DNA of 64,000 bases from Candidatus Sericytochromatia bacterium. GTDB taxonomy: Bacteria > Cyanobacteriota > Sericytochromatia > S15B-MN24 > UBA4093. The notes under the pieces were generated by a model that saw only the letters and a list, made by a program, of their open reading frames with translations, searched no databases and was not told the origin of the DNA. The position numbers and the translations under genes are program-made. Positions 37,623 to 48,022 of the stretch are shown here, in pieces. The first letter of the stretch is position 1; every line of letters starts with the position of its first letter. The stretch is from NCBI GenBank assembly GCA_036676495.1, contig JAKFCT010000080.1, forward strand, positions 89,277-153,276, read 5' to 3'.

Positions 37623-38939
37623 TTATAGGTGCTGCACGAGGACCAGGCCGATCCCGGTAACCAGGATGTTGGCCAGGGCCAGGGGCAGCAGCGTTTTCCA
37701 GCCCAGGTTCATCAGCTGGTCGTAGCGGAAGCGCGGGAGCGTCCAGCGGACCCAGATGAACGTGAAGGCGATGAACATGAGTTTGGCCATGAAGATGCCG
37801 AACTGCGCCAAGAGCGCGAAGACGGCTCCGCCCCACTCGGGCAGCGGCATGGCCATGAAGTAGCCGAGGCCCGCCGCCGAGAGGACAGCCAGGCCGCCGG
37901 TGATGACGGCGAGCCAGAGGCCTTCCTGGTCGCGGATGTCGCCGAACTGGCCCTGCATGTCGCGGTACCACTTGTAGAGGCGGAAGGTCGTCAGGGCCAG
38001 CACGACCGTGCCGATCGCCAGGGTGATCTGGATCAGCAGCGGGGCGTGGGCGATCAGGGCCGCGGTGTTCAGGTAAGGCACCTGCCAGCCACCCAGGAAG
38101 AGGGTGGTGACGAAGGCCGACGAGACCACGATGGCCGCGTACTCCCCGAGGAAGATCAGGGCGAACTTCATCGAGCCGTACTCGGTGTGGAAGCCGGCGA
38201 CCAGCGAGCCTTCATCCTCGACCATGTCGAAGGGGTTGCGGTTGGCCTCGGCGAAACAGGCGATCAGGAAGATCAGGAAGCCGATGGGCTGCAGGAAGAT
38301 GCCCCAGGCCGGGATCGGCAGGGTGACGCCGAGGACCTCGAGCATGCGGCCCTGCTGGAGCACCATCTCGTTGAGCTGGAGGGTCCCGAAGGTCATGAGG
38401 ATGCCGATGAGGCTGAGGCCCAGGGGGATCTCGTAGGAGAGCATCTGGTTGGAGGCTCGGATGGCACCCAGGAGCGAGTACTTGGTGTTACTCGCCCAGC
38501 CGGCGAGGACCACGCCGTAGACCGAAAGCGCGGTCAGGGCGAGGAACCAGAGCAGGCCGGCGTTCAGCTCGAGCGCCTGCATGGCGATGTTGACGTCGCC
38601 GATGCGCAGGGTGTCGGCCCAGGGCACGACGGCCAGGGTCGAGAAGGCCACCGTGACCATGATGAAGGGCGCCAGGTAGAAGTAGAACTTGTTGGCGGTC
38701 CGGGGGGTGATGTCTTCCTTGAAGAGCAGCTTGACGGCGTCCGCCAGGAAGAAGACCATTCCGGCGAGGCGGAAGGGCCCGATATGGGCGCGGTTCGGGC
38801 CGGTGCGGTCCTGGATCAGGGCCGAGACCTTGCGCTCGAAGTAGATCAGGATGGGCACGGGTCCGAGGACCAACAGGAGCGCCACGACGGCGCGCAGGAC
38901 GATGATGGTGATATCGAGTGCCGTGTTGCCGGTCATCAT
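37623..38939 (-). CDS. nuoH: NADH-quinone oxidoreductase subunit H (long form)
   Basis: ERKVSALIQDRTGPN, DAVKLLFKED, SYEIP, NRNPFD, GFHTEY, RWTLPRFRYDQLM. Confidence 0.95.
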   Translation of the reverse strand: MMTGNTALDITIIVLRAVVALLLVLGPVPILIYFERKVSALIQDRTGPNRAHIGPFRLAGMVFFLADAVKLLFKEDITPRTANKFYFYLAPFIMVTVAFSTLAVVPWADTLRIGDVNIAMQALELNAGLLWFLALTALSVYGVVLAGWASNTKYSLLGAIRASNQMLSYEIPLGLSLIGILMTFGTLQLNEMVLQQGRMLEVLGVTLPIPAWGIFLQPIGFLIFLIACFAEANRNPFDMVEDEGSLVAGFHTEYGSMKFALIFLGEYAAIVVSSAFVTTLFLGGWQVPYLNTAALIAHAPLLIQITLAIGTVVLALTTFRLYKWYRDMQGQFGDIRDQEGLWLAVITGGLAVLSAAGLGYFMAMPLPEWGGAVFALLAQFGIFMAKLMFIAFTFIWVRWTLPRFRYDQLMNLGWKTLLPLALANILVTGIGLVLVQHL

Positions 38940-38945
38940 GTCCTC

Positions 38946-40532
38946 CTAGTGGCCCGCCGCGACGGGGGCGGCACCGGCCCCGGCGGGGAGCTTGAGCCCA
39001 TGCTCGGGCAGCGCGTAGAACGTCTGTCCGGCGAGGGCGGGGTAAGTCTTTCCGAGGTCGTCCCAGATCTGCTCCATGTCGTCGTAGCCGAGGCTCTTGC
39101 CGAGCTTGGCCGCGATGACGCCGAGGGCTTCCCACTCGGGGAGCACGTCGCCCGACGGATCGTAGGCGCGCATGATCTTCTGGAGGACGCCGTCCTCCTG
39201 GACGAACGAGCCGTACTTCTCGGCGTGCATGGCGACGGGCAGGGCCACGCCGACCTTGCGCGCTCCCGCGGTGTCGTGGGTGGCGAACATGACGGTGGTG
39301 GGCACCTTCGCGAGGGCCTCCTGCCAGGAGGCGTCGCCTTCGGTGAGCAGATCCGTGTTCATCATGACGAGCATGCGGACCGCGCCGGAGGCCAGGGCGG
39401 CCTTGAGCGAGTCGGCGTCGTCGTTGTAGCCCAGGAAGCGAATGCCCGTGCGGTTGGGGGTCTTGTCGGCCCGGCGCAGGAAGTCGTCCTGGCTGCCGTC
39501 CGGGGTGAGGGCGAGGGCCCAGACCTTGGAGGTGCCGATGACCTCGCGGGCGAGGCGGTTGAGCAGGAAGTTGTCCTCGATCGTCGAGTGGGGGGAGCCC
39601 ACGACGGCGACCGACTCGGCTCCGTAAAGCTCGACCACGCTCTTGAGCTTGGTGATCATGGCGTCGACGGCCGTGCCGTAGGGCACCTCGCGGCCCTCGA
39701 TGAGGGCGGAGCGGAGGCGGTCCTCGTTGATGCGCTTGTAGGAGAAGCGGCCCTCGTCGCACATCCAGTACTGGTTGACCTGCGGGTTCTCCCGCGGGCG
39801 GTAGCGGTAGACGACGCCGTCCTTGTGGTCGACGTCGATGGCGCAGCCCTTGGAGCAGCCCGTGCAGACGGACTTGGCGGTCTGCAGGAACCAGACCCGC
39901 TGCTTGAAGCGGAAGTCCTTGGAGGTCAGCGCGCCGACCGGGCAGAGGTCCACGACGTTGACCGAGTAGGGGTTATCCAGCTCCATGCCGGGGAAGGTCT
40001 CGATGGCGGAGTGGTCGCCGCGGTTGGCGACGACGAGCTCTCCTGTCTTGGTGACCGCGTCGGTGAAGCGGACGCAGCGCTGACAGAGGATGCAGCGCTC
40101 CTGGTCCAGGACGACGGTGGGGCCGAGGTCGACGGCCTTCTGCTTCTCGACCTTCTCGACCATGGAGCGGTTATCGTACTGGCCGTACTCCATGTAGTAG
40201 TCCTGGAGGCGGCACTCACCGGCCTGGTCGCAGATGGGGCAGTCGATGGGGTGGTTGAGCAGGAGGAACTCCTGGACGCCCTTGCGCATCTTCTCGACGG
40301 CGGGGGTGTCGGTCTTGACGACCATCCCTTCCTTGACGAAGGTGTTGCAGGCGATCTGGGGCCCACGGGCCCCCTCGACCTCGGTGAGGCACATGCGGCA
40401 GTTGCCGTCGATGGGCAAGCCGGGGTGGTAGCAGTAGTGGGGGATGGTGACCCCGACCGTTTCCGCGGCCTGGATGAGGTTGAGGCCGTCGGCGACCTCG
40501 ACCTCGACTCCGTTTAAGGTGATCTTAGGCAT
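38946..40532 (-). CDS. nuoG: NADH-quinone oxidoreductase subunit G (short form)
   Basis: CYHP..GNCRMC, NHPIDCPICDQAGEC, RCILCQRCVRF, CPVGAL, CTGCSKGC. Confidence 0.93.
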   Translation of the reverse strand: MPKITLNGVEVEVADGLNLIQAAETVGVTIPHYCYHPGLPIDGNCRMCLTEVEGARGPQIACNTFVKEGMVVKTDTPAVEKMRKGVQEFLLLNHPIDCPICDQAGECRLQDYYMEYGQYDNRSMVEKVEKQKAVDLGPTVVLDQERCILCQRCVRFTDAVTKTGELVVANRGDHSAIETFPGMELDNPYSVNVVDLCPVGALTSKDFRFKQRVWFLQTAKSVCTGCSKGCAIDVDHKDGVVYRYRPRENPQVNQYWMCDEGRFSYKRINEDRLRSALIEGREVPYGTAVDAMITKLKSVVELYGAESVAVVGSPHSTIEDNFLLNRLAREVIGTSKVWALALTPDGSQDDFLRRADKTPNRTGIRFLGYNDDADSLKAALASGAVRMLVMMNTDLLTEGDASWQEALAKVPTTVMFATHDTAGARKVGVALPVAMHAEKYGSFVQEDGVLQKIMRAYDPSGDVLPEWEALGVIAAKLGKSLGYDDMEQIWDDLGKTYPALAGQTFYALPEHGLKLPAGAGAAPVAAGH

Positions 40533-40548
40533 TGCGTGTCATTCCTCG

Positions 40549-41847
<1,299 letters not shown>

Positions 41848-41848
41848 C

Positions 41849-42391
41849 TTACAGCCTCCTCTCGCCCGCGGCGGTGAAGCTCGCGAGCTTGGTGCGCTGG
41901 CCCCAGGGCTTGTCCCGGAGCTCGGAAATCAGGGAATCGAGCTTCTCCTCGGTGAGGTTCTCGACGTACACGTCGTTGTCGACCTGCATCATCGGGCTGG
42001 TGTCGCAGCTGCCGAGGCACTCGGCGGCGCGCACGGTGAACTTCCCGTCGGGAGTGGTCTGGCCGGGCTCGATGCCGAGCTTGTCGCAAAGCGAGCGCAG
42101 GGTCTCGCGGCCGCCGGTCATGCAGCAGCTGACCGAGGTGCAGACCTCCAGGAGGTGCTCGCCGGGCTTCTCGGTGAGGAACATGGTGTAGAAGGTGGCC
42201 ACGCCGAGCACATGCGCGGGCGAGCAGCCGATTCGCTCGGCCACGTAGCGCATCGCCTCGGGGCTCAGCCACCCCCACTCCTCCTGGGCGAGCCAGAGGG
42301 TGGGAAGCAGCGCAGCCTGGCGCTGGTCTTCGGGGTAACGGGTGACGAGTTCCTGGAACTGCGCCTCGGTTTTTTCACTGAATGCAAGCAT
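41849..42391 (-). CDS. nuoE: NADH-quinone oxidoreductase subunit E
   Basis: VATFYTMF; CTSVSC and CLGSC 2Fe-2S ligands. Confidence 0.95.
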   Translation of the reverse strand: MLAFSEKTEAQFQELVTRYPEDQRQAALLPTLWLAQEEWGWLSPEAMRYVAERIGCSPAHVLGVATFYTMFLTEKPGEHLLEVCTSVSCCMTGGRETLRSLCDKLGIEPGQTTPDGKFTVRAAECLGSCDTSPMMQVDNDVYVENLTEEKLDSLISELRDKPWGQRTKLASFTAAGERRL

Positions 42392-42404
42392 TTATGGTAA
42401 TCCT

Positions 42405-43664
42405 CTAGCGGTCCAGCTCACCGGCGATGATGTTGATCGATCCCAGGGTGGCGCCCGCGTCGGCGATCATGAAGCCCTCGATCATCTCGGGGTACGCAGC
42501 GAAGTTCATGAAGCAGGGGGGACGCACCCGGACCCGGTACGGGTAGCCGGAGCCGTCCGAGGTGATGTAGAAGCCGAGCTCGCCGTTGGCCGCCTCGGAG
42601 GCATCGTAGATCTCGCCGGCGGGCACGCGGGTCCCCTCGAAGATCAGCTTGAAGTGGTTGATCAAGCCTTCGATGTTTTGGTAGGTATCCTGCTTCTCGG
42701 GGATCTTGACCCGCTTGTCGTCGGTCCAGATGGGGCCGCCGGGCAGGTTCTTGATGGCCTGGCGGATGATCTTGGCCGACTCGCGGATCTCGTAGAACCG
42801 GACGAAGATGCGGTCCCAGGTATCGCCCTTGGTGCCGAGGGGCACGTCGAAGTCGAAGGTGTCGTAGTAGTAGTAGGGCTGCTGCTTGCGGATGTCGTAG
42901 TTGACGCCCGAGGCGCGCAGCGTGGGACCGGTGAAGCCGTACGAGATGGCGTCCTCGGCCGAGACCGGGCAGACGCCCTCGGTCCGGTCCATGACGATCC
43001 GGTTCTTGCCGACCAGCCCCTCGACCTCGCCGATGGCGTCCTCGATCTCCTTGACGACGTAGAGGATGTCCTTCTCGGCGCCATCGTAGAAGTCGCGGTA
43101 AAGGCCGCCTACCCGGCAGTAGGAGTTGGTCAGACGGGCGCCGGTCAGCTTGTCGAGGACGTCGTAGACCTTTTCGCGCTGGTTGAAGACGTACCAGAGG
43201 TTGGTCAGCGCGCCCATGTCGACGAACTGCGGCCCGATGCAGACCAGGTGGTCGATCATGCGCGACAACTCGCCCACGATCACGCGGATGAACTTGTTGC
43301 GATCGGGAATCTCGATCGCGAGCATCCGCTCGACGGCCTTGACGTAGCCGATGTTGTTGAGGATCGCCGAGCAGTAGTTCAGGCGGTCGGTGTAGGGGAT
43401 GACCTTGTTGTAGGTCTTGTGCTCGACCGACTTCTCGAACCCGCGGTGCAGGTAGCCGATCTCGCCGACCGCGGCGACGATGGTCTCGCCGTCGAGGGCC
43501 AAGAGCGTACGCAGCGTACCGTGCGTCGCCGGGTGCGAGGGGCCGAAGTTCAAGAACATCAGCTCGGTATGGAGGTCCTTGTAGAAGTCCTCCGGGCCCG
43601 GTACCGTGCCCGTCAGTTCGGGCTCGGTCGGCGCCGTCAATTTGATCTCGTCAGCAGCTTTCAT
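42405..43664 (-). CDS. nuoD: NADH-quinone oxidoreductase subunit D
   Basis: NFGPSHPATHGTLR, GYLHRGFEK, DRLNY, GELDR. Confidence 0.96.
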   Translation of the reverse strand: MKAADEIKLTAPTEPELTGTVPGPEDFYKDLHTELMFLNFGPSHPATHGTLRTLLALDGETIVAAVGEIGYLHRGFEKSVEHKTYNKVIPYTDRLNYCSAILNNIGYVKAVERMLAIEIPDRNKFIRVIVGELSRMIDHLVCIGPQFVDMGALTNLWYVFNQREKVYDVLDKLTGARLTNSYCRVGGLYRDFYDGAEKDILYVVKEIEDAIGEVEGLVGKNRIVMDRTEGVCPVSAEDAISYGFTGPTLRASGVNYDIRKQQPYYYYDTFDFDVPLGTKGDTWDRIFVRFYEIRESAKIIRQAIKNLPGGPIWTDDKRVKIPEKQDTYQNIEGLINHFKLIFEGTRVPAGEIYDASEAANGELGFYITSDGSGYPYRVRVRPPCFMNFAAYPEMIEGFMIADAGATLGSINIIAGELDR

Positions 43665-43683
43665 GCTTGAGCTCTCTCTCTAC

Positions 43684-44223
43684 CTAACGCAGGCCCTTGG
43701 CCTTCAAACGCTTTTCCATTTCGTCCATCAGGCTGTCGACGGTAGCCAGGGGCTGGCGCTTGCGCATGGGATAGTCCTTGCGCAGCGGATGGCCGACGAA
43801 TTCCTGGTGGTTGAGGACGCGCTTGAGGTTGGGGTGGTTCTTGAACTTCAGGCCGAACTGGTCGAAGACCTCGCGCTCCATCCAGTTGGCGGACTTCCAC
43901 AAGGGAACCGCCGAGTCGATCTCCTCGTTGGCGTTGGCATAGACTTTCAGCCGGACGCGCTGGTTCTTGGAGAGCGAGTAAAGGTGGTAGGCCACGGCGA
44001 AGCGGGCCGGCTGGGCCTTCGGGTAGGTCAGGTAGTCGACTCCCGAGAGATCCATCAGGAAGTTGAACGCGAGATCCGGATCGTTCTTGCAGAACTCCAG
44101 GACCCGGGTGATGGCTTCCCGCTTAATAACGGCCGTGTCGTCCCCCCTCCAGGAAGAGGTGGAGACGACGTCGCCGGGGAAGCGCTGCTTCAGTTTGGTA
44201 AGAACAGAACTCAATTCCGACAT
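43684..44223 (-). CDS. nuoC: NADH-quinone oxidoreductase subunit C
   Basis: ANWMEREVFD, HPNLKR, GHPLRKDYP. Confidence 0.95.
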   Translation of the reverse strand: MSELSSVLTKLKQRFPGDVVSTSSWRGDDTAVIKREAITRVLEFCKNDPDLAFNFLMDLSGVDYLTYPKAQPARFAVAYHLYSLSKNQRVRLKVYANANEEIDSAVPLWKSANWMEREVFDQFGLKFKNHPNLKRVLNHQEFVGHPLRKDYPMRKRQPLATVDSLMDEMEKRLKAKGLR

Positions 44224-44226
44224 CTT

Positions 44227-44709
44227 TTACGCTCTCTTCAAAACGGAGTCTTTGCTGACGATCTCTTCCTGGAGCTTGATGACCGCTTCCATGATCGCCT
44301 CGGGGCGCGGAGGGCAGCCCGCGATGTAGACGTCCACCGGGATGATCTCATCGATGCCCTGGACCGTGCAGTAATCGTCGTAGAAGCCGCCCGAGCTGGC
44401 GCAGGCGCCCATCGAGATCACCCACTTGGGATCGGGCATCTGATCGTAGATCTCCTTGAGGATGGGAGCCTGCTTGTAGGTGATGGTGCCGGCCACGATC
44501 AGCAGATCGGCCTGACGCGGGCTGAAGCGCACCATCTCCGCGCCGAAACGCGACAAGTCGAAGGCGCTCGACATCAAGCCCATCACCTCGATGCCGCAGC
44601 AGGCGGTCCCGTACGTGAACGGGTAGAGCGAGTTCTTGCGGCCCCAGTTGATGACCGCATCAAGCGAGGTCGTGACGACCGATTCGCCCAGAGCAGTTTC
44701 TACTCCCAT
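44227..44709 (-). CDS. nuoB: NADH-quinone oxidoreductase subunit B
   Basis: GTACCGIE, SPRQAD, GACASSGG, GCPPRPE. Confidence 0.96.
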   Translation of the reverse strand: MGVETALGESVVTTSLDAVINWGRKNSLYPFTYGTACCGIEVMGLMSSAFDLSRFGAEMVRFSPRQADLLIVAGTITYKQAPILKEIYDQMPDPKWVISMGACASSGGFYDDYCTVQGIDEIIPVDVYIAGCPPRPEAIMEAVIKLQEEIVSKDSVLKRA

Positions 44710-45080
44710 TTCAGGGCTCCCCTCTTAACGATGTAGATGTATCCGGAAAACAGGATGCCGAGGAAGATCAGCATCTCCACCAGCCCGAACAGGCCCAGGG
44801 CCTTGAAGTTCACGGCCCAGGGGTAGAGGAAGACCGCCTCGATATCGAAGATCACGAACATGATGGCGACCAAGTAGAACTTGATCGAGAAGCGCTCGCG
44901 GGCCGTGCCCACGCGCGATGCGACCGGCACGCCCGACTCGTAAGGCGCGAGCTTGGTCTCGGTCGGCCGCTGGGGCCCCAACTTCGGCGAGACGAACAGG
45001 ACGAGCGCAGGCACCAGCATGGCGATGCCCAGGACGACCATGAGGGCAATGGTGGTATTAGTGTCGAGCATAATGTTCAC
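44700..45080 (-). CDS. nuoA: NADH-quinone oxidoreductase subunit A
   Basis: PYESG, FYLVAIMFVIFDIE, LYPWA, GALKW; the start may be ATG 45071. Confidence 0.94.
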   Translation of the reverse strand: MNIMLDTNTTIALMVVLGIAMLVPALVLFVSPKLGPQRPTETKLAPYESGVPVASRVGTARERFSIKFYLVAIMFVIFDIEAVFLYPWAVNFKALGLFGLVEMLIFLGILFSGYIYIVKRGALKWE

Positions 45081-45217
45081 GCTCTCACCCCGGGGTTCGG
45101 CCCCTTCCCGCGGGCGTGGGCGATCTCCTCCTTTTGCGGCTCCGCATGGTGGTAGTCAACGGGATCTCAATGCCGAGTGGGGCCTCAAGTTGGCTTGGAT
45201 CCACTAACATCCCGCTC

Positions 45218-45226
45218 ATTCTATCA
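45218..45226 (-). promoter_or_regulatory. Candidate extended -10 promoter of the nuo operon
   Basis: TGATAGAAT on the minus strand within an AT-richer intergenic region. Confidence 0.4.
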
Positions 45227-45368
45227 CAAGGCATGAGACAACCTGCCCTTTTGCAGGGGGATCCCGGCGGATTTAGGTGAACTTTGGTTAACTTTACGTA
45301 ATAACTACGGAGGAAATCCGCAAAGCAACTGATAATGCCGTCCGGCGCCTCACGGTAAGCAAGGGTTT

Positions 45369-45399
45369 AGGGGGTCGTTCGCGTTGCGAACGACCCCCT
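45369..45399 (-). terminator. Hairpin at the stop of the methyltransferase gene
   Basis: AGGGGGTCGTTCGC-N3-GCGAACGACCCCCT perfect 14-bp stem; no clear U-tract. Confidence 0.55.
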
Positions 45400-46634
45400 C
45401 AGTGCTCCCACGGCCAGCGAAAGCGTGGCAGCTCCATGCCCCCCAGCCCCGCCAGCTGATCCCGCCTGATCCCCTTCCCCTGGAAGAGCACCTTGAAGCC
45501 CTCCCCCATGCCCTGGGGATGCGCCAACTTCTCCAGCGTCCCGCTCGCCTGATCGGCCGCCAGCGGCGACTTGCCCCGCCGGAGCTCCCGGATCTCCCGG
45601 TCGAGCCCCAGGTGCTTCAGCACCGCTCCCTGCGGCATGAGCCCGAGCGTCGGCAGCCCGGCCTCTTCGCCGGCTCGCGCCAGCGCCGTGAAGTTCACGT
45701 CGTACGTCAGGTCCTGCTCGCCCGGCCGCGCGTAGGGATCGGCCACTGCCATGTGCCGGAAGTAGCCCCGCACGGAGCCTTTCATCCGGCGCGGCGAGTA
45801 GACCTCCTGGGCCACGTCCCCGTAGTCCACGGTGATCACGGCGCCCTGCGCCAGCTGCGTCGCGATCTCGCGCATGACGTCCAGGGCGGCCAGGGAAACC
45901 TCGACCCGCTGCCCCTCGCGAAGCGTCAAGCCGTCGGCGGCGAGTTCGCTCGCCAGGCGCTCAGAGGTGAGCGGGCCTTTGACCTCCTCGAGGCGATCGC
46001 CCACGACCCGCACGCCGATCTCCCGCAGCCCCTCGGGGGTCTGCTCCAGCCGGTGGCAGGGCAGGGCGTCGAAGAACTCGTTGCTGACGATCACGCCGCG
46101 GACCCCCGCGGGCGCCAGGGCCGCCAGGGAGTCGCCCCAGCGCGTCCGCCCCTCCCAGCGCGAAAGCGCGCGGGCCTGGGTCTCGCGGAGGCTGGCGCTC
46201 CGCTCCATCAGGGCGTAGGAGAGGGCCTTCAGGAAGCGCGGGTGGCGTTCGGCCTCTTGCAGGACCGCGCGCGCGAACTGGCCCGCGCCGGGCCCCAGCT
46301 CGATCACGTCGAAGCGCGCGGGAGCGCCCATGACCCGCCAGATCTGATGGATCTGCCGGGCGAAGAGCTTGCCGAAGGAGGGGCTGAGGCTGGGGCTGGT
46401 GGCGAAGTCCCCGCGGGCGCCGACGGCTTCGAGCCGGGCATAGTAGCCCGCCGTGGGATGGAAGAGCGCGAGCTCCATGTAGGTGCTGAACGGGATCCAG
46501 CCGCGATCGCCCTGGGCGTCGCGCAGGGCGGCAAAGAGCTCGGGACGGCGGCTTTCGGCTGGGGGGCTTCCGGCACGCCGGTCTCCGGCGGAAGGCCGGG
46601 AATCGTCGGAGGGCTCGGGACGCGGGATGCGCAT
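45399..46634 (-). CDS. SAM-dependent methyltransferase, MidA/NDUFAF7 family
   Basis: FSTYMELALFHP..GYY, GDFATSP, IELGPGAG, SNEFFDALP, VDYG, PGEQDLTYDVNF, MGEGFKVL. Confidence 0.9.
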   Translation of the reverse strand: MRIPRPEPSDDSRPSAGDRRAGSPPAESRRPELFAALRDAQGDRGWIPFSTYMELALFHPTAGYYARLEAVGARGDFATSPSLSPSFGKLFARQIHQIWRVMGAPARFDVIELGPGAGQFARAVLQEAERHPRFLKALSYALMERSASLRETQARALSRWEGRTRWGDSLAALAPAGVRGVIVSNEFFDALPCHRLEQTPEGLREIGVRVVGDRLEEVKGPLTSERLASELAADGLTLREGQRVEVSLAALDVMREIATQLAQGAVITVDYGDVAQEVYSPRRMKGSVRGYFRHMAVADPYARPGEQDLTYDVNFTALARAGEEAGLPTLGLMPQGAVLKHLGLDREIRELRRGKSPLAADQASGTLEKLAHPQGMGEGFKVLFQGKGIRRDQLAGLGGMELPRFRWPWEH

Positions 46635-46643
46635 CGTCGGGGC

Positions 46644-47423
46644 CTAGATCCGGAGGGTCTGGTTCTGGCTCTTGTAGGGTGGGATCTTCTTGACCAGCTC
46701 GGCGATCTGCTGCTGCGTGCAGAAACCGTGCTCGCTCAGGGTGAACCCCAGCAGGCGGCCGGACTTGCGCATCAGCACGAGCGAGCAGCGGAGCTGCTCC
46801 ACGGAGATGGTCTTGGCCTTGAGCAGGAAGTAGGCCATGGAGACGTCCCGGTGGCCCATCGCCAGGAAGGACTCGATGTCCTCCTCGGAAGCCACTCCGC
46901 GATCGACCAGCTCCTGGGCGAGGTTGCGATCCTTGCGCGAGGCGATCGCCTCGCGGACTTCCTGGAGGGCCGAGTAGCTGATCAGGCCCTGGCGGACGAC
47001 GATCTCGCCGAGGTCGAACCACGCCACGATCTCCTGAAGCAGGGTGGCGGGGTTGGCTTCCTTGGTCAGGAGGGCGCGCTGCACCGTGGCGAGGACCTGG
47101 GAGCTCTCGAAGGGCTTGACCAGGTAGTCCCGAGCGCCCGCCAGCAGGCACTCCTTGATGGTGGCTTCCTGGCCGACGGCCGAGCACATCACGGCCTTGG
47201 CGCCCGGATGGGCCTCCAAAATCGCCTTGAGCGCCGCCCGGCCGTCCATCTCGGGCATGGTCACGTCCAGCGTGATCAGGTCCGGAAGCTGCTCGCCGTA
47301 GAGGCGAACCGCATCCTTGCCGTTGCTCGCTTCCGCGACCACCTCGTGTCCCGCTCCGGTCAAGGTGTCCCGGAGCATGGTCCGCATGAAGCCCGCGTCG
47401 TCCGTGACCAGAATCCGTGCCAT
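46644..47423 (-). CDS. CheY-like receiver fused to MshEN-like helical repeats
   Basis: DDAGFMR, LDVTMPEMDG, KPF; C-terminal LGEIVVRQGLIS, LAQELVDRG, LGFTLSEHG repeats. Confidence 0.8.
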   Translation of the reverse strand: MARILVTDDAGFMRTMLRDTLTGAGHEVVAEASNGKDAVRLYGEQLPDLITLDVTMPEMDGRAALKAILEAHPGAKAVMCSAVGQEATIKECLLAGARDYLVKPFESSQVLATVQRALLTKEANPATLLQEIVAWFDLGEIVVRQGLISYSALQEVREAIASRKDRNLAQELVDRGVASEEDIESFLAMGHRDVSMAYFLLKAKTISVEQLRCSLVLMRKSGRLLGFTLSEHGFCTQQQIAELVKKIPPYKSQNQTLRI

Positions 47424-47432
47424 GGGTCCCCC

Positions 47433-47981
47433 CTAGGAAAGGCGATCGAGCCACAAGAGCCCGATGATGGTCTTGGCGTCGAAGATCCGGCCGTCCCGGA
47501 CCATGGCGAGGGCTTCGTCGAAGCTGACCTCCACGGTCTCGACGAACTCATCCTCGTCGAGGGTCGCAGTGGTCGGCGTCAGGCCCGTCGCCTTGTACAA
47601 GGTGATGCGCTCGGTCGTGTAGCCCGGCGCCACGACGAACTCCGTCAGCTTTTCGAGGTGCGCGGCCTTGAGGCCCGTCTCCTCGGCCAGCTCGCGCAGG
47701 CAGGTCACGTCGGGTTCTTCGCCCAACTCGAGCTTCCCGGCGGGCAGCTCCAGGGTGATCCGGTTGATGGGGTACCGGAACTGGCGAACCAGCACGATCC
47801 GGCCGTCCTCGGTCACGGGGATCACGGCGACGGCGCCGGGATGCTCCACGATCTCACGCTGGGCCGTCTCGCCGTTCGGGAGGGCGACGGTATCGACGCG
47901 GACCTTGACCAGGTTGCCTCGGAAGGCGGCCTCCTGGGTCAGGCCGCGCTCGCGTAGGTGAGTGAATTCTTCGGTTGTCAC
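47433..47981 (-). CDS. Nudix hydrolase, ADP-ribose pyrophosphatase (NudF-like)
   Basis: REIVEHPGAV, VRQFRYP, LELPAG..RELAEETG, DEDEF, DAKTII. Confidence 0.9.
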   Translation of the reverse strand: MTTEEFTHLRERGLTQEAAFRGNLVKVRVDTVALPNGETAQREIVEHPGAVAVIPVTEDGRIVLVRQFRYPINRITLELPAGKLELGEEPDVTCLRELAEETGLKAAHLEKLTEFVVAPGYTTERITLYKATGLTPTTATLDEDEFVETVEVSFDEALAMVRDGRIFDAKTIIGLLWLDRLS

Positions 47982-48022
47982 GGTCTTCCTCCCCGTTCAG
48001 GGTCGCAGGGGTGGTGATTAGT

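Noticed and set aside
33990-40517. Very long plus-strand ORFs (858 and 962 aa) and similar antisense ORFs elsewhere
   Set aside because: Shadow frames of high-GC3 genes, lying opposite clear nuo, che and uvr genes, with no recognisable motifs.
47433-47981. ADP-ribose pyrophosphatase as immunity partner for the ART protein
   Set aside because: It is about 14 kb away, in a different operon, and looks like an ordinary housekeeping NudF-like enzyme.
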